A DNA stretch of 64,000 nucleotides from Octopus bimaculoides. Taxonomy: Eukaryota. This document shows positions 26,414-38,628 of this stretch, piece by piece. The stretch lies in the NCBI RefSeq assembly GCF_001194135.2, contig NC_069000.1, forward strand, positions 44,126,810 through 44,190,809. The letters are read 5' to 3'. The position numbers and the translations under genes were made by a program. The stretch's first letter is position 1; every line of letters starts with the position of its first letter. The notes under the pieces were generated by a model. That model had not been told where the DNA came from, made no database searches, and saw nothing but the letters and a program-made list of their open reading frames with translations.

Positions 26414-26596
26414 AGGGGTCAGGCAACTTTTTAAATCAATTACCCCCCAAAATACATTTATTTATGCAGACATTACCCCCTTGATTCGAAAGGGAGAAAA
26501 TCAGAGATAACAAAGAACACGTTTTTTATATATAATTTTACTTATGTCTAATCAGTCCCCAAGAATTTTAATTTACCCCGGTTCGCCAACACCTGG
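26414..26596. mobile_element. hAT-type MITE
   Basis: Ends CAGGGGTCAGGCAAC and GTTCGCCAACACCTG resemble hAT/Charlie TIRs; flanks CTTAAAA and CATAAAA resemble a decayed TSD. Confidence 0.6.
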
Positions 26597-26681
26597 CATA
26601 AAAGGACCACAATGATGACAGAACATTTAGAATAGTCAAGGTGGTTATGGTGACACAGCTTTAACAAGGACAATGAAATGA

Positions 26682-26712
<31 letters not shown>

Positions 26713-27498
26713 GTTATAGATGATTTTAAAAAGCTTAATTAGAATGAGAGAATAGCAACAGTGACAATGAAATATAACGAACATGGTGGTGACGATGCAA
26801 AGGAAGACCATGCTGATTATGAAGAAGACAGAATGGTCAGTTGAAGGACAATGAAATGACAAAACACTTGTGACAGTTACGACATCCGATAACAATATAA
26901 AGAGGCGATAACCAAAAGTGGAGATGATGGTGATGACAAACAGCAGTCAGTTGTTTACTAACCTCATTACCTAACACATTATGGACAAATTATTATTTGG
27001 AAAAAGGAAGAAAGAAAATGTAGTGTTTGTATGTATGAGTGTATGTGTGTGTGTGTATACACACACACACACACACATTCACATGCATACACATCTGTCA
27101 TGTTCACTGATGTGGGTTCATGTCCCACGGACTGCCATTGACTTTTTCCAAACCAAGGGATTTTTAACTTCATGTTTTAGAAGCTTAGTTTTGTAGCTTT
27201 AGCCACTTCAAGTTCCACCATGATTTATATACACACACAAAGTGAAAGGGGTACAGTGAACTTGCTGTGACTAATGGAATATCCAATGTTTCGGATGTAA
27301 TTCTTCATCACTGTACTCCTTTCACTTGTTTCCATATTTTTTTCAAGTCTTGCCAACACAGAGCTACAAGATTCCTTGTAGTTTGCCTATATATACACAT
27401 ATATATACATACACACATACATATAATCCTTTTGGAGTTGATTGAGTACCAGTCAAGTAGAATGGTCAATGGTGTCCACTAACCCTTGTCCCTTTGTA

Positions 27499-27550
<52 letters not shown>

Positions 27551-28484
27551 GTTGCATGTTGTGTGATACAGCAAATTAGCATTTATCTGATGTAAAACTC
27601 ANNNNNNNNNNNNNNNNNNNNNNNNNNNNNNNNNNNNNNNNNNNNNNNNNNNNNNNNNNNNNNNNNNNNNNNNNNNNNNNNNNNNNNNNNNNNNNNNNNN
27701 NNNNNNNNNNNNNNNNNNNNNNNNNNNNNNNNNNNNNNNNNNNNNNNNNNNNNNNNNNNNNNNNNNNNNNNNNNNNNNNNNNNNNNNNNNNNNNNNNNNN
27801 NNNNNNNNNNNNNNNNNNNNNNNNNNNNNNNNNNNNNNNNNNNNNNNNNNNNNNNNNNNNNNNNNNNNNNNNNNNNNNNNNNNNNNNNNNNNNNNNNNNN
27901 NNNNNNNNNNNNNNNNNNNNNNNNNNNNNNNNNNNNNNNNNNNNNNNNNNNNNNNNNNNNNNNNNNNNNNNNNNNNNNNNNNNNNNNNNNNNNNNNNNNN
28001 NNNNNNNNNNNNNNNNNNNNNNNNNNNNNNNNNNNNNNNNNNNNNNNNNNNNNNNNNNNNNNNNNNNNNNNNNNNNNNNNNNNNNNNNNNNNNNNNNNNN
28101 NNNNNNNNNNNNNNNNNNNNNNNNNNNNNNNNNNNNNNNNNNNNNNNNNNNNNNNNNNNNNNNNNNNNNNNNNNNNNNNNNNNNNNNNNNNNNNNNNNNN
28201 NNNNNNNNNNNNNNNNNNNNNNNNNNNNNNNNNNNNNNNNNNNNNNNNNNNNNNNNNNNNNNNNNNNNNNNNNNNNNNNNNNNNNNNNNNNNNNNNNNNN
28301 NNNNNNNNNNNNNNNNNNNNNNNNNNNNNNNNNNNNNNNNNNNNNNNNNNNNNNNNNNNNNNNNNNNNNNNNNNNNNATATCAAAGGGCTGCGTGTGAGT
28401 GGAAAGAATAGGATTTATATTTATCAGATTATGTGATAAAAGAGAACTGTGTATATATATATATAATGAAAGAGAGGTGTGCGT

Positions 28485-28532
<48 letters not shown>

Positions 28533-29246
28533 GGAATTATATTTTAGTTAGAGACTTGTGTACAACAAAGGGGAATGCATTTTTTTTTTTTCACCAGAGA
28601 AATGACGGATCTGTGTGAAGGGGTATATATTTGTCAAAGACTGTATGTGTATAAACACACCTAAGGAATATGTGTGCCTGTAACATTTCTGCTGTATGTA
28701 ATTATATATCATATTACAGACTAGGAAATAAATGGTGTATGTCAGAGAGAGAGAGAGAGAAATGCCAAGATTGTATGCGTACACCTGTATGAATATGTGT
28801 TTGTGTGAGCAGTTGTAACACTGTGTGTAAGAGTTAGTAAGTGCATATGTGCAACACTGTGCAACAACAGCAGCAATGATCAATGAATGCGTGAGGAGTG
28901 TATTCAACAATATAAAGTACATACACACATATACACACACATATATATATATATATGCTGTAATGTATGAATGTGTGATCCTATACATGAACAAATGATC
29001 GATTAGTGCTTGAGTGTGTGTGTGTGTATGTGTGTGTGTAGTCAGAGCAGAGTTGGGAGGAGGTGGTGGTGGTGGTGGTGGAAGAAGAAGAGGAGGAGGA
29101 GGTGGAACAAGTGGTGAAGGAGTCGATGATGCCAGAAGGCATCATCGATTGGATGCAAATAAAAGCTAGCAGTTGACTCACATTCACTGCAGCAACATCG
29201 ATCTGGGATTGTGGTGGTATGAAGAGGCTGGTGAGCAGTTGTACAG

Positions 29247-29296
<50 letters not shown>

Positions 29297-29549
29297 GTGT
29301 GTGTGTGTGTGTGTAGGTGTTGTATGACTAAGAAGTTGCATGACTAGAAAGATGTGTGTATGTGTGTGTGTAAGCAGAGAGATGTACAAAGAGCGTGTGA
29401 CTAGGATGAAGTGTGTGTATATATGTGTATATACACAAACACATATATATTATGTATGACTAGCAAGATGGATGAGTGTGTGTATAATGTATGACAAACA
29501 AAGATAAGGAGGTGTGTGTATATAATTTGTTGACTGCAGGATTATGTGA

Positions 29550-29584
<35 letters not shown>

Positions 29585-30303
29585 ATATAGTGTATGATTA
29601 GAGCTATATCTTGTGTGGTACAAGAGATGTATTTAGAGCCAATGTACACATATAGTCTGGGTGTATATATATATATATATACACACACACTCATATATGT
29701 ATGGTAAGAGCATGAGGGGGGGAGGTGCCGGTGTATTCTCGTTGTTGTTGCTATCATCAATGGTAATATAGGACCAAAAATAACCCCACTACATCAGTGA
29801 GGGAGAAAAAAAAAAATAAAGGGACAAACAAAAATCCTTCATCTGACTCCCTACTCTCCCCTTTTCTTCTTCTTACCACACACATTCAACAACTTCTGTA
29901 TTTTTGTGCCCCCACCCCNNNNNNNNNNCATGCAGCTCCCTATTTTCAGCTTGTTCTTTTCCTCGCTCACTCCACCTCATTCAACATTTATATAAACCTA
30001 CCTATTTACCTATCCGTCTATGAATATATTGACCTAGCTATCAATCTACCTTACCTAGCTACCAAGCAATCAATCTACCTCGTAGTCTACCTATCCAGCT
30101 ATCTACTTTACCTACCTACCTATCTATTCCTCTCTCTCTCTCAATTTCAATCTCTCAGTATCACTTGCTCTTTTATTTCTCTATCATGCAACACGCCCCT
30201 CTTATATCAATCAATCTATCTACCTCTCATACCCTCAGTATATATATATATATATACACACACATATACATACATACCTGGTACTTCTTCAATGTCTTTC
30301 CCT

Positions 30304-30336
<33 letters not shown>

Positions 30337-30689
30337 CGTAATATATACCTCATTAAACCTCCATTTATCTACTGAACAACCCAACCTCTAATTCGTTCAA
30401 CAGCAATAAATTACAAACACCATCTCTTGGATACACATTCACTGTACACTCTTCATCCAGCCAGCCATCCCCCCTCCCGTGTCTTTTTCTTCCTAAACCA
30501 AACTCTCTCTTTCTCTCTATCGCCCTCTCTCTTTGCACATACCAATGAATCTTACCAATATTACCTCTCTATTGGTTCATGTCCTTAGCACTCTTTTCAT
30601 TACTCTCTCTTCATCCGAAAACAACCATTCGTCCTTCCATTCGCAGTAAAAACAACAAAAAACCAACACCTTCTTCACCGTATGTGTAT

Positions 30690-30775
30690 GTGTGTATATA
30701 TACATACATATATAGATATACACACACACATATATATATATACATATATAGATATATATATACATATATAGATAT

Positions 30776-30806
<31 letters not shown>

Positions 30807-30975
30807 CATATATAGATATACACACACACACATATATATATATATATACATATATAGATATACACACACACATATATATATATATACATATATAGATATA
30901 CACACATATATAGATATACACACATATATATACATATGTGTACACACATACATACATACATACACGCACACATAT
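30690..30975. repeat. Compound TA/CA minisatellite, about 36-bp higher-order unit
   Basis: TATATAGATATACACACACACATATATATATATACA repeated about 5 times with length variation. Confidence 0.85.
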
Positions 30976-31408
30976 CTTTCTTTATCTCATCTTTACTTCC
31001 CCTGCTAATTAAGTCTTCTGTTACTAATAATTTATGATTATATTAACATATACGGTAACACACACACACATTTATATATATGTACATATATATTCCTGTG
31101 CACACACATACATGTGTTTTGCGCACATACAAGACATTATGTAGGCATATACATACTCACACACAAACATACATGTATGTATATGTATGTAAATGCACAC
31201 ACACACACACACACACATTTGTACAGAGGGCCTTCAACGATTTATGGAAATTGCTCCTTTTCATACTAAATACCCCCCCACACACACACACACACACAAA
31301 CGCAGATGTACATATGTATAGCTGAGAAGCACATCCATCCACATAACCTAAAGAAAAGTTTCATGTTATTCTTCACAGCATACACACACACACACACACA
31401 CATACATA

Positions 31409-31451
<43 letters not shown>

Positions 31452-31619
31452 TATACACACTCATAAACCAAATGGTTTAGTTTAGATAATTATAATTCAA
31501 AATTAGAAAAAAATAAATATTTGTAATAAATCTCTGACTGATAAGAGTACATTCCCTGGAAATGTCAGACAGAAGAATGAACCATGACAATCTAGAATTC
31601 TTTATCCAAAGACCTCACC

Positions 31620-31770
31620 ACCACATAATACCCTTTTCTCATGATCTCACGGGTTGGACAGTTTGGCAGGAACTCTGTAAGCTGGAGAAGCTGCACCAGG
31701 CTCCAATGTTCTATTTTGGCAAGGTTTCTACAGCAGGATGCCCTTCCTAATCGCAACCATTCTACCAAAG
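31620..31770 (-). mobile_element. SINE family C
   Basis: GGGTTGGACAGTTTGG...CACCAGGCTCCA...TTTCTACAGCAGGATGCCCTTCCTAA. Confidence 0.75.
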
Positions 31771-32199
31771 CAGCAAATTTCTAGATTTTAGTAAAAACTC
31801 TTGATGTGACATACACTGAATGCCCCACCCTGTGCATCGACTTATGAGGGTTTCAGCTGGATTGTTCTTTTAAGACTTCATTCATTCATCAAGCATTGCT
31901 AATGTGTGTGTATACATTGCAGTTACTTGAAAAATTGTATATAAGCGAGAAACTGAGTAACAATGGTGAAGTTACATGTTTTGACTACTTTTCCCCACCC
32001 CTTTATAAAGCATTCACACACACACACACACACAGTTCAAAATTATACAAAAAGATTGAAAGACAGACAGATGAGGGAACAACAAACAAGATGTATTAGT
32101 TTGACGTTGAGGGGGTATGGGAGAGTTTTTGATGTTTCGAACCTATGCTCTTCTACACAAACGAATGAGGCGAGAAAACAGATGGAGAGATATATCATC

Positions 32200-32320
32200 A
32201 TCGTTGTCATTCTTTAACATCCCCTTTTCCATGTATGGCTCAGAGTTTATTGAGGCAGATTTTCTCTGGCCACATGCCCTTTCTGTCACCAACCCTCCCT
32301 TGTGTAAACACCTCGTGTTT
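32200..32320 (-). mobile_element. SINE family C-type tail
   Basis: TTTAACATCCCCTTTTCCATG...GAGGCAGATTTTCT...ATGCCCTTTCTG. Confidence 0.65.
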
Positions 32321-32704
32321 ACACAAACAAAAGTAGAGAACTCAATACTGGGGAAGAATAAAATATGTTTATGTTTAGATGAAGATTACTCATCTGATGA
32401 TAATAATAATCTTTTTTCTTGGGGTCAGGTGGAGGGGTGGGGCAAAAAACACCGACATATTTGATGTGTGTGCCAGCATTACGTATATATACTTACACAT
32501 ATGGATGAACGATGTTTACACAGTGCATGTATTTGTGTAAATTATGTATAAATGTGCGCACACATGTGTGAATGTATGTGTGTGTGCGTGTGTGTGTGTA
32601 TCACACACACCTGTCTCCCATTAAAATCATCTAACACGCTCAAACACACATAATTACATCACACACTATTTAGCATCTTCCCAAAATGAATGGCGAGAGG
32701 AAGT

Positions 32705-32719
32705 GCTACTGCTGCTGCT

Positions 32720-32759
<40 letters not shown>

Positions 32760-32855
32760 TAGTGGTAATAGTAGTAGTGGTAATAGTAGTAGTGGTAATA
32801 GTAGTAGTGGTAATAGTAGTAGTGGTAATAGTAGTAGTAGTAGCAGCAGCAACAG
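32705..32855. repeat. Compound trinucleotide array with a 15-bp higher-order unit (GGTAATAGTAGTAGT)x5
   Basis: (GCT)n(GCA)n(GTA)n, then five 15-mers, then (GCA)n. Confidence 0.9.
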
Positions 32856-33490
32856 CATGGCCGACAACTGGGATATATGAACGGCTGAAGAAAGGAGATA
32901 TTAAAATTAGAATGTAGATCTGGAAAGACAGGTTGTCGGGGGTGGGGGAAGAGGAGAGAGAGGGGGGATAGGAGAAAGAGAAAGACAAACAAAATAGGAA
33001 AGAGGACATGGGGGAAATGGAGAAATAGAATTGCATATCTAATAAGGAGAAAAGAGAGGATTAAAAGAAGAAAAAAATGAGNNNNNNNNNNGGAATAAAC
33101 GAAGAAGGGGGGAGGGGAGAAAAAGAAAGGAAGAGGAAATGAAAGCAGACACCAAAGGACAGCTTTTCAGGTCTTCAAATAATTAATTCCGAGCACGTGC
33201 CATTCTGTTAAGGCTGCTGGCTGTAATGACGATGGTAATTAAATGTATGTTATACATACACACATACATACATACGTATATTACATACATGTGTGCGTGC
33301 ATGCGTGTGATGTATGTACATAAAATACACAGGAAAACACACACACACACATCCATTGATATACATACATACGCAAATTATGTATGCATATAGAAACAAT
33401 ACATACATATAAACCCCCACTTGTCTGTTTGTGTGTATGTATATATATATATATATATATATACAGAGAGAGAGAGAGGAAAGAGAGAGC

Positions 33491-33522
<32 letters not shown>

Positions 33523-33693
33523 AAGAAAGAGAGGGGAGGGAGAGAGAGAGGGAGAGAGGGAGATATACACATACATAACGTAAAGTAACATACGCATTCA
33601 CATAACTACCATGTATCCCCCCACACGTTACATTATACACACACACATATATATATTCACATACATACATGAGTGATAGAGATGCATTAACTA

Positions 33694-33694
<1 letters not shown>

Positions 33695-33789
<95 letters not shown>

Positions 33790-33792
33790 GAG
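33695..33792. repeat. (GA)n microsatellite
   Basis: About 100 bp of nearly pure GA. Confidence 0.95.
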
Positions 33793-34297
33793 AACATCCG
33801 GCTGGTAGTCAATGAGTCCAGCCCACCTACCAGCCCAGCTTTTCTTGCCAAATCAGCCAGCCAGCCTTGCCTTGCCGAGGCAACAAGTTGGCTTGGCTTC
33901 AGCCGCAAGGTGAGATAAAAAGGTAGGTTTTAAGGCTGGCTTAAAGCGTCATTTCAAACAAACAAACCTATGATAATCTTACTTATACAATGTAGCAGCC
34001 AAAGAGAAACTATAGTGTTTAGAACATTCTAGAAAGACTACAACAGTTGAGGTGTAAGAGTGTGGTGTAGGAGACGGGGGTGGATATACATGTAGATAGA
34101 TAGACGGATGGATGGAGGTGAAGGAATATACTCGAAAGCTAAGTAGAAACAAAACACAGGAAAAATGTGTATTTAGATATGGGCGTAGATACACACAAAG
34201 TAAGCATATAAATGCAAGGCAAGGTAGAAAGAAAATAGTACTCGAATACCAAAGGTAGAGTAACATGCTTTTATTAAATTAACTGCAAAAATTTTCC

Positions 34298-34377
34298 CAA
34301 AACTGTTACCCAGAGTTTCACGTTCCCATTCATCGGACAGTTGTAAATGGGAACATGGAAACTGAGCAACAGGTTTG
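34298..34377 (-). ncRNA. Candidate pri-miRNA-like hairpin
   Basis: Hand fold of the minus strand gives 32 pairs (4 G-U), one mismatch, bulges of 2 nt and 1 nt, and an 11-nt loop. Expression unknown. Confidence 0.4.
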
Positions 34378-34519
34378 TGAAAATTTCGCAGCTTTAATTA
34401 AAACATAATAATAATAACAACAACAACAGTAACAATCATTAATGATTTTTACCAGCGCGGAAATAAAACCTCGTAGGTAAATTTTATAAATATTTTATAA
34501 TTATGTACATAATTATAAC

Positions 34520-34800
34520 AAGGGCTTGGTCGAGCTTACGATCACGAGGTTGCGAGTTCGATTCGCGGACCGGGCTGCGTGTTGTGTTCTTGAGCAAGAC
34601 ACTTTAGATAATTCAGCTGTCGAAATGAGTTGCGACATCACTGGTGCCAAGATGTATTGGCCCCTTTGCCTTTCCCTTGGATAACATCAGTGGAGGCATG
34701 GGCGACTGTTGGCCTTCCACAAACAGCCTTATCCGGACTTGTGCCACGGAGGGTAACTTTCTAGGTGCAATCCCATGGTCATTCATGGCCATTCACATAA
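34520..34800 (+). mobile_element. tRNA-derived SINE with a V/Meta-type central motif
   Basis: B box GAGTTCGATTC followed by GTGTTGTGTTCTTGAGCAAGACACTT, a central motif typical of ancient metazoan SINE superfamilies. Confidence 0.75.
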
Positions 34801-34844
34801 ATCTACATATGACAGTACTCCATCCATTTTAAGGCAGTAGAATT

Positions 34845-34971
34845 CCAGAACGGTTAGGGAGGGGTCGGGCGAAAATGCTTTACAGTTCCATTATTTTTAA
34901 ATACTTTCCGAACTCCAGTTCAAATCCCGTCGGAGCCAACAGTTTTGCTTTTCATTTTTCTGCAGGCAAGG
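34845..34971 (+). mobile_element. SINE family B head (runs into a gap)
   Basis: GGGCGAAAATGCTT...CCAGTTCAAATCCCGTCGGAGCCAACAGTTTTGCTTTTCAT. Confidence 0.65.
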
Positions 34972-35364
34972 NNNNNNNNNNNNNNNNNNNNNNNNNNNNN
35001 NNNNNNNNNNNNNNNNNNNNNNNNNNNNNNNNNNNNNNNNNNNNNNNNNNNNNNNNNNNNNNNNNNNNNNNNNNNNNNNNNNNNNNNNNNNNNNNNNNNN
35101 NNNNNNNNNNNNNNNNNNNNNNNNNNNNNNNNNNNNNNNNNNNNNNNNNNNNNNNNNNNNNNNNNNNNNNNNNNNNNNNNNNNNNNNNNNNNNNNNNNNN
35201 NNNNNNNNNNNNNNNNNNNNNNNNNNNNNNNNNNNNNNNNNNNNNNNNNNNNNNNNNNNNNNNNNNNNNNNNNNNNNNNNNNNNNNACAACCATGTTACT
35301 GTTGTCATGCTGATTCCGATCGCGTTAAGGATACAGGTGACATTTCAGTGTATAATACGACAGT

Positions 35365-35630
35365 ATGTACTTGTTTCAGTCTTTTCCTGAACCGCTCAGT
35401 TAAAGAGACAGAAACACACCAACATCGGTTGTCAAGCGGTGGTGAGAGGACAAAGACAGACAGACAGACAGACATATATATATGTCTTTCAGTTTCCATC
35501 AATTAAATTGACGCACAAGGCTTTTGCCAACCCGAGACTAAAGAAGACGCTTGCCCAAAATGCCATGCAGTGGGACTGAACCTAGAACCATGTGGTTGGG
35601 AAGCAAACTTCTTACAACACAGCCACGCCT
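35365..35630 (-). mobile_element. SINE family A
   Basis: ACACCAACATCGGTTGTCAAGCGGTGG...ACGCTTGCCCAA...GAACCATGTGGTTGGGAAGC. Confidence 0.85.
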
Positions 35631-35984
35631 AATGACAAAATTTTTATTTAATTCTTCGCTATTTTCGAAAGGCAGTTATATGTACCTGAAAGCACATCAT
35701 CCAACGTATTTTATAAAAGTCATATATATATATATTTCATACATAGAAGTATACTACGTGTCGTCTGCTATTTCTAGCAGGAAAAGCGATCGCTTAGTAA
35801 TTGCCTTTCACGCTGGCAAAGATTGAACGATGACGGCGATGATGATGGATCATTTTGACAGTGATGTCCAACAACTGTTGAAACTGAAATTAGCATAATT
35901 ACTGTGCGGACATGCAAAGTGCATACACGCAAGTATAGAGTCTTAATAATGTCACAAAACTTTACGAGTATATTATTAAACCTT

Positions 35985-36162
35985 TCTACTATAGGCACAA
36001 TGCCTGACAATTTGGGGGGAAGGGGACCTGTCGATTACATCAACCCCGAAAGGATGAAAGGCAAAGTCGACCCCGGCGGCATTTGAACTCAGAATATGAT
36101 GACAGACGAAATATCGCTAAGCATTTCAGCCGGTGTGCTAATGGTTCTGCCAGCTCACCGCC
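35985..36162 (-). mobile_element. SINE family B, well preserved
   Basis: CCCCGAAAGGATGAAAGGCAAAGTCGACCCCGGCGGCATTTGAACTCAGAA...TTCTGCCAGCTCACCGCCTT. Confidence 0.9.
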
Positions 36163-36174
36163 TTATCACTGTAC

Positions 36175-36480
36175 TGGTTCGAGACGCGTGCAATGCCTGT
36201 CCGAGACACGAGCAGGACGATGAAATCTTGCTTGCATTTTTTCGGTACCCCTTGCAGGGTTTTGTTAAACAACAATTGTCGCGCGAAGGGCGGAATCCGA
36301 CGATCGGCCTAGTCCACCGTGGAGATCGTTCCGCCGTATTCTTTTAGTCAGGAAAAGGGCAGGCAGTTTTCTTTTAGTTTGGTGGAGAAACAGGGAGAAA
36401 CAGATGTGATGGGCGTGACCGAAAACTCTAAAGATAAACTTAACCGGGTGATGGATATCATTGCATCGCCCGCTTTAACA
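36175..36480 (+). mobile_element. L1/Tx1-like LINE ORF2 C-terminal relic with a decayed zinc knuckle
   Basis: Shifted frames give ACPRHEQDDEILLAFFRYP...VKQQLSREGR, then TVEIVPPYSFSQE, QAVFF and WA*PKTLKIN; collinear with the fragment at 61000-61330. Confidence 0.5.
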
Positions 36481-37699
36481 TCCACTACCTGACACCACTG
36501 TGGGGTACCTTAAAGAAATTTCAACTTTGCTGTAAACATTTGAGCAAGATCTCCAAACTGAAGATATCTTCAGCTCTCCCTCTAACCCCTTGCAAAGGTC
36601 CCGAGAAAATTTATAGACACTGCCTTCCCGTCTTCGGTCAAATCCTCATCAATTTTTTAAAGTTCCAGTTAGAGAAGGTGGTGAGAATGAAATAAAGTTA
36701 AATATATCGAGAGGCTGTTGATACTGTCATGAACGTGCCTCAAATGAAAGGGCCCTNNNNNNNNNNNNNNNNNNNNNNNNNNNNNNNNNNNNNNNNNNNN
36801 NNNNNNNNNNNNNNNNNNNNNNNNNNNNNNNNNNNNNNNNNNNNNNNNNNNNNNNNNNNNNNNNNNNNNNNNNNNNNNNNNNNNNNNNNNNNNNNNNNNN
36901 NNNNNNNNNNNNNNNNNNNNNNNNNNNNNNNNNNNNNNNNNNNNNNNNNNNNNNNNNNNNNNNNNNNNNNNNNNNNNNNNNNNNNNNNNNNNNNNNNNNN
37001 NNNNNNNNNNNNNNNNNNNNNNNNNNNNNNNNNNNNNNNNNNNNNNNNNNNNNNNNNNNNNNNNNNNNNNNNNNNNNNNNNNNNNNNNNNNNNNNNNNNN
37101 NNNNNNNNNNNNNNNNNNNNNNNNNNNNNNNNNNNNNNNNNNNNNNNNNNNNNNNNNNNNNNNNNNNNNNNNNNNNNNNNNNNNNNNNNNNNNNNNNNNN
37201 NNNNNNNNNNNNNNNNNNNNNNNNNNNNNNNNNNNNNNNNNNNNNNNNNNNNNNNNNNNNNNNNNNNNNNNNNNNNNNNNNNNNNNNNNNNNNNNNNNNN
37301 NNNNNNNNNNNNNNNNNNNNNNNNNNNNNNNNNNNNNNNNNNNNNNNNNNNNNNNNNNNNNNNNNNGGGGGGGGGGTAGCATTTAGGTTAGGGATAGAAC
37401 GTAATAGTTGTACTACTACTACTACTACTACTAGTAGTAGTAGTAGTAGTAGTAGAAGAGGGGGAATTTTTGACGTAGAATTGAGAGACAGGTAATAGAT
37501 GTTGTGCGGCCGCAGTAGTAGTTGTAATGGTTGTGGTGTGACAGGAATAATAGCAGCGGTTGAAGTGTGACATTAGTGGTGGTGGTGGTGGTCGTGTGGA
37601 CTGGTGTGACAGCAGCCGAGGTGCGACCGTAGTAGTAGCAGCAGCAACCACCGCAGCAGTACCATTCTAATCCAGTCCCATCGCATTCTTAGATGCATC

Positions 37700-37795
37700 A
37701 AGATAAGGATTTTTTTATAATATTCCCGTTTAGATTTCCTTTCCCGAGCGTCTAATAACACTATCCGTATCACGTCCTCACGTCGTTGTTTTCTG
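37700..37795. mobile_element. Short dispersed-repeat relic, possibly Penelope-derived
   Basis: CCCGTTTAGATTTCCTTTTCCCGAGCGTCTAATAACACTATCCGTATCACGTCCTCACGTCG recalled as an octopus repeat; class unverified. Confidence 0.3.
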
Positions 37796-38047
37796 TCTTT
37801 TTTTTTAACTATATATATACATATATATATATATACATATATATNNNNNNNNNNNNNNNNNNNNNNNNNNNNNNNNNNNNNNNNNNNNNNNNNNNNNNNN
37901 NNNNNNNNNNNNNNNNNNNNNNNNNNNNNNNNNNNNNNNNNNNNNNNNNNNNNNNNNNNNNNNNNNNNNNNNNNNNNNNNNNNNNNNNNNNNATATATAT
38001 ATATATATATATATATAGTGTGTGTGTGTGTGTGTTTCCTATTTATT

Positions 38048-38370
38048 TTTATCTTTTACTTGTTTCAGACTGCAGCCATACTGGGGCACTGATTTGAAGA
38101 ATTTAGTCGAACGAATCGACTCCAGTCCATTTTTTTTTAAAGCTTGTACTTATATCAGTCATTTTTGCTGAACCGCTACATTACGAGGACATAAACAACA
38201 ACAACACCGGTAGGAGACAAACACACACACACGCGACAGGCTTCTTTCAGTTTCCATCTACCAAACTGGCCTGAGACTATAGTTGAAGACACTTGCGCAA
38301 GGTGTCACACAGTAGCATTGAATTCGGAACCATGTGGTTGGAAAGCAACTTCTTACCACACAGACACGCC
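38048..38370 (-). mobile_element. SINE family A
   Basis: TATCTTTTACTTGTTTCAG...GAAGACACTTGCGCAAGGTG...CTTCTTACCACACAG. Confidence 0.9.
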
Positions 38371-38628
38371 TCTCTGTGTGTGCGTGTGTGTGTGTAACAT
38401 TGTTACATTGTGCCTGTGCATCTACTCGTCTGTGGCTTAGTTTAGCAATCTCCAAGAATATTCGTTGTTAATTAATGTTAATTAAGCTCTGTGGATTCCA
38501 TTACCGTTTTGTTTCATACAAGATATTTTAACCAGTGACATTTTGTAGCCAGGGGGACATTGCACCATCTCCAAAGTACATAGACAAGCAACTACACAAC
38601 CCATACATCAAATATATACCGTATGAAT

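Noticed and set aside
32686-32992. Poly-Ser, poly-Val/Ala and poly-Tyr/Cys ORFs (also 58127-58459 and 63687-63974)
   Set aside because: Trinucleotide repeat arrays with no flanking coding signal.
37381-37393. TTTAGGTTAGGG as a telomeric repeat
   Set aside because: Only one or two units; chance level.
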